Positions 62,205 through 64,000 of a stretch of 64,000 nucleotides of DNA are shown piece after piece. Source of the stretch: Candidatus Saccharimonadota bacterium. GTDB taxonomy: Bacteria > Patescibacteriota > Saccharimonadia > Saccharimonadales > SLHW01. The DNA is taken from contig JAGXIU010000002.1 in NCBI GenBank assembly GCA_024635455.1, positions 44,309-108,308 on the forward strand, written 5' to 3'. A model generated the notes under the pieces. That model saw only the letters and a list, made by a program, of their open reading frames with translations. It was not told the origin of the DNA and ran no database searches. The number at the start of each line of letters is the position of its first letter. Position 1 is the stretch's first letter. The position numbers and the translations under genes were made by a program.

Positions 62205-62618
62205 TTATATGGTTTCTATCACAAACAATACAATAGCTCGTGCAAAAACTGCAACTCCGATACCAATTAATGCATAGATTATGGTGCTTCGTGCACTTGC
62301 TAGCTTAGCCGAGTCTCCCGTTGATAACATGTACTTTACGGCGCCGACAATCAACATAAAAACTGCAATGACGCCGATTCCAATCAGCAATATGTCAATT
62401 ACCTCTACTACGAAATCAGTCACGCCGCTATCTTGTGCCGTATCGCCGCTCGTATCATCATTACTCTTACAGACTTCAGGGATATTACTTCCGGTATAGG
62501 ACGAGCATGATGGATCGAGCACTGATTGCGCACTAATCGGAGTAGCTAATAAGAGCAACAATGACATGGTAATAACGGCCATAGCCCGAAGGGCAGTCTC
62601 AAGTTTATGCACTACCAT
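62205..62618 (-). CDS. VirB2/TrbC-like small membrane protein, paralog 3
   Basis: The module is IGVIAVFMLIVGAVKYMLSTGDSAKLASARSTIIYALIGIGVAVFA. ATG 62618 lies 4 nt after the stop of paralog 4. The variable region has two Cys. Confidence 0.68.
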   Translation of the reverse strand: MVVHKLETALRAMAVITMSLLLLLATPISAQSVLDPSCSSYTGSNIPEVCKSNDDTSGDTAQDSGVTDFVVEVIDILLIGIGVIAVFMLIVGAVKYMLSTGDSAKLASARSTIIYALIGIGVAVFARAIVLFVIETI

Positions 62619-62622
62619 GCCC

Positions 62623-62919
62623 TTAAGTGCTCCCAATAACAAAATTAACAATCGTCCAGGCACTTATAGATATGGCTAGCCCTATGACTGACCATAATAT
62701 AGTCTTTTTGGCGCGCGCAACCCTTTGTGGGTCACCGCCTGACAATGTATACCAGTAGCCTCCAACAATGACCATAATGACTGATATAATCCCTACTGCT
62801 ATAAATACAAACTCCGTAACCGAAGCAAGCTGATCGCTACCGAGACTACCATCTTTATTTGGATGCTCAATATCATCAAAAACACCACTGATTTGTGAAA
62901 ATATTGTAAGAAGCTTCAT
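62623..62919 (-). CDS. VirB2/TrbC-like small membrane protein, paralog 4 (short, no clear signal peptide)
   Basis: The module is VGIISVIMVIVGGYWYTLSGGDPQRVARAKKTILWSVIGLAISISA. Confidence 0.62.
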   Translation of the reverse strand: MKLLTIFSQISGVFDDIEHPNKDGSLGSDQLASVTEFVFIAVGIISVIMVIVGGYWYTLSGGDPQRVARAKKTILWSVIGLAISISAWTIVNFVIGST

Positions 62920-62924
62920 AATTA

Positions 62925-63359
62925 TTACGCCAACAAAATGTTCGTCACTATGTTAACTATAGCCACCGCAAATACCGCTAACACCAGGCCAACCAAGCCA
63001 TTAATAATAGTCTTTCTGGCGTTGCTCAATTGCTCTGGTTGCCCTTGACTCATACTGAACAGTATACCACCGTATATAACGTATCCCACAGCTACGATGC
63101 CGGCTATACGAAGTAGTATTTCTATAGCCGCGAACAAAATTGCTGAAACAGTAGCTCCTATGTCAACTGATTCATCTTTTTGTGGCAAAGAAATACTGCA
63201 ATCATCAGCCACATCAAGATATTCATACCACGTCGGGAATCCCAAGAAGCTTGATGAGCCATCATAATCCTTACAGTGATTATCGGCGTGTACTGTACCT
63301 GGCGATACCATAGTGAATATACCGACCACCGCAAATAAAAGTGCCGTAAACTTTATCAC
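62925..63359 (-). CDS. VirB2/TrbC-like small membrane protein, paralog 5
   Basis: The module is AGIVAVGYVIYGGILFSMSQGQPEQLSNARKTIINGLVGLVLAVFA. GTG 63359 has GGGAGGGG 9 nt upstream. The variable region has two Cys. Confidence 0.65.
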   Translation of the reverse strand: MIKFTALLFAVVGIFTMVSPGTVHADNHCKDYDGSSSFLGFPTWYEYLDVADDCSISLPQKDESVDIGATVSAILFAAIEILLRIAGIVAVGYVIYGGILFSMSQGQPEQLSNARKTIINGLVGLVLAVFAVAIVNIVTNILLA

Positions 63360-63360
63360 C

Positions 63361-63882
63361 CTACAGAACCCCTCCCGGCACAAGCCATTGCAAGAACGCG
63401 AACAAGAAAATATATATAACTAACGCCGAAATAGCTTGCGTAATCCGTTTTTTAGCGGCAGCAACTGCTTGAGGGTTTGAGCCTGCTGACGAGTATTGAA
63501 TTCCGCCGATAACAATCATCATAACAACGACAATCCCAAATATAACGGCTAATGCATCTGTAAAAATTTTTAAATAAGCGATGATTCCACAGGTCTCGGG
63601 GTTAATGTCATCAGTCTCGCAATCAGCTTTGATATCAGGTCTCAGGCCAGATGACGTCTCTTGAGCTCCTCCTGGATTTTGAAGAGCATGCTCACGACAA
63701 AGCTCTCTATCACCTGGGTCAGAAATACGATCACATTCTGCCGCCGTCCTACCGTGGTCAGCTTGCACATAAACGGGGCTCGATAAAGAAAGCAACAGGG
63801 CCCCGAATACAGCAATAACTAACGCTAAAATAAAAGATTTTTGCGCATACCGCCTGTTGCGTAAATTGTTTTGCATTTTCAT
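63361..63882 (-). CDS. VirB2/TrbC-like small membrane protein, paralog 6
   Basis: The module is FGIVVVMMIVIGGIQYSSAGSNPQAVAAAKKRITQAISALVIYIF. It has a signal/TM N-terminus and four Cys in the variable region. Confidence 0.65.
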   Translation of the reverse strand: MKMQNNLRNRRYAQKSFILALVIAVFGALLLSLSSPVYVQADHGRTAAECDRISDPGDRELCREHALQNPGGAQETSSGLRPDIKADCETDDINPETCGIIAYLKIFTDALAVIFGIVVVMMIVIGGIQYSSAGSNPQAVAAAKKRITQAISALVIYIFLFAFLQWLVPGGVL

Positions 63883-64000
63883 ACTTGTTACTGCTTACTA
63901 TGTTCTCTTGTAAATCAAATATAAACTACACAAAGAATAAAACAGTTTAGAGATTCTGTAAATCACGATTGTCGGTCAAAGCAATAACTTAGACTTATTT

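Noticed and set aside
1-64000. CRISPR arrays, rRNA genes, transposases and integrases
   Set aside because: I looked for regularly spaced direct repeats, rRNA-like conserved blocks, and DDE, tyrosine or serine recombinase ORFs. None was seen. The only regularly repeated sequences are the tRNA 3'-end copies, which are irregularly spaced and have conserved spacers rather than variable ones.

Overview
The window is a gene-dense stretch of a small, streamlined bacterial genome, about 90% coding, with most genes on the minus strand. I infer a CPR/Patescibacteria organism, probably Saccharibacteria-like. The basis is gene content only: archaeal-type CarS and PGI/PMI homologs, arrays of T4SS-pilin-like genes, and tRNAs with encoded CCA. 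No database search was possible.

Most of the window is housekeeping. It carries pnp-rpsO-truB, rpsT, holA, mutM, polA, two sigma-70 genes, dnaG-rpoD, orn, msrB, gdh, argS, groES-groEL with two CIRCE operators, a murE-like gene, tsaD, valS, comFC and hsp20.

Four regions look accessory or unusual:
- 41.7-46.4 kb holds a duplicated two-gene module with overlapping reading frames (an unknown ~210-aa protein plus an atypical kinase-fold protein). It is followed by an N-extended phosphoribosyltransferase, and a chimeric murE/kinase scar lies between the two copies.
- 54.5-59.8 kb is a tRNA hotspot with Ser-CGA, Arg-GCG, Ser-GCT and Ser-TGA. It is full of duplicated tRNA 3' ends and conserved trailer units. 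It also has a ~210-bp inverted repeat pair, and a GIY-YIG + tRNA-Arg cassette nested in a broken tRNA-Arg that carries a perfect 32-bp inverted repeat.
- 61.3-63.9 kb holds six tandem VirB2/TrbC-like pilin paralogs that run to the window edge.
- 22.4-26.1 kb encodes a 1,248-aa beta-helix/Ig-like surface protein.

I saw no rRNA, CRISPR array, transposase or integrase ORF. The ORF track renders non-ATG starts as M (for example TTG at 47734, 55979 and 63383, and GTG at 34524). Several starts were therefore re-picked by reading the sequence.
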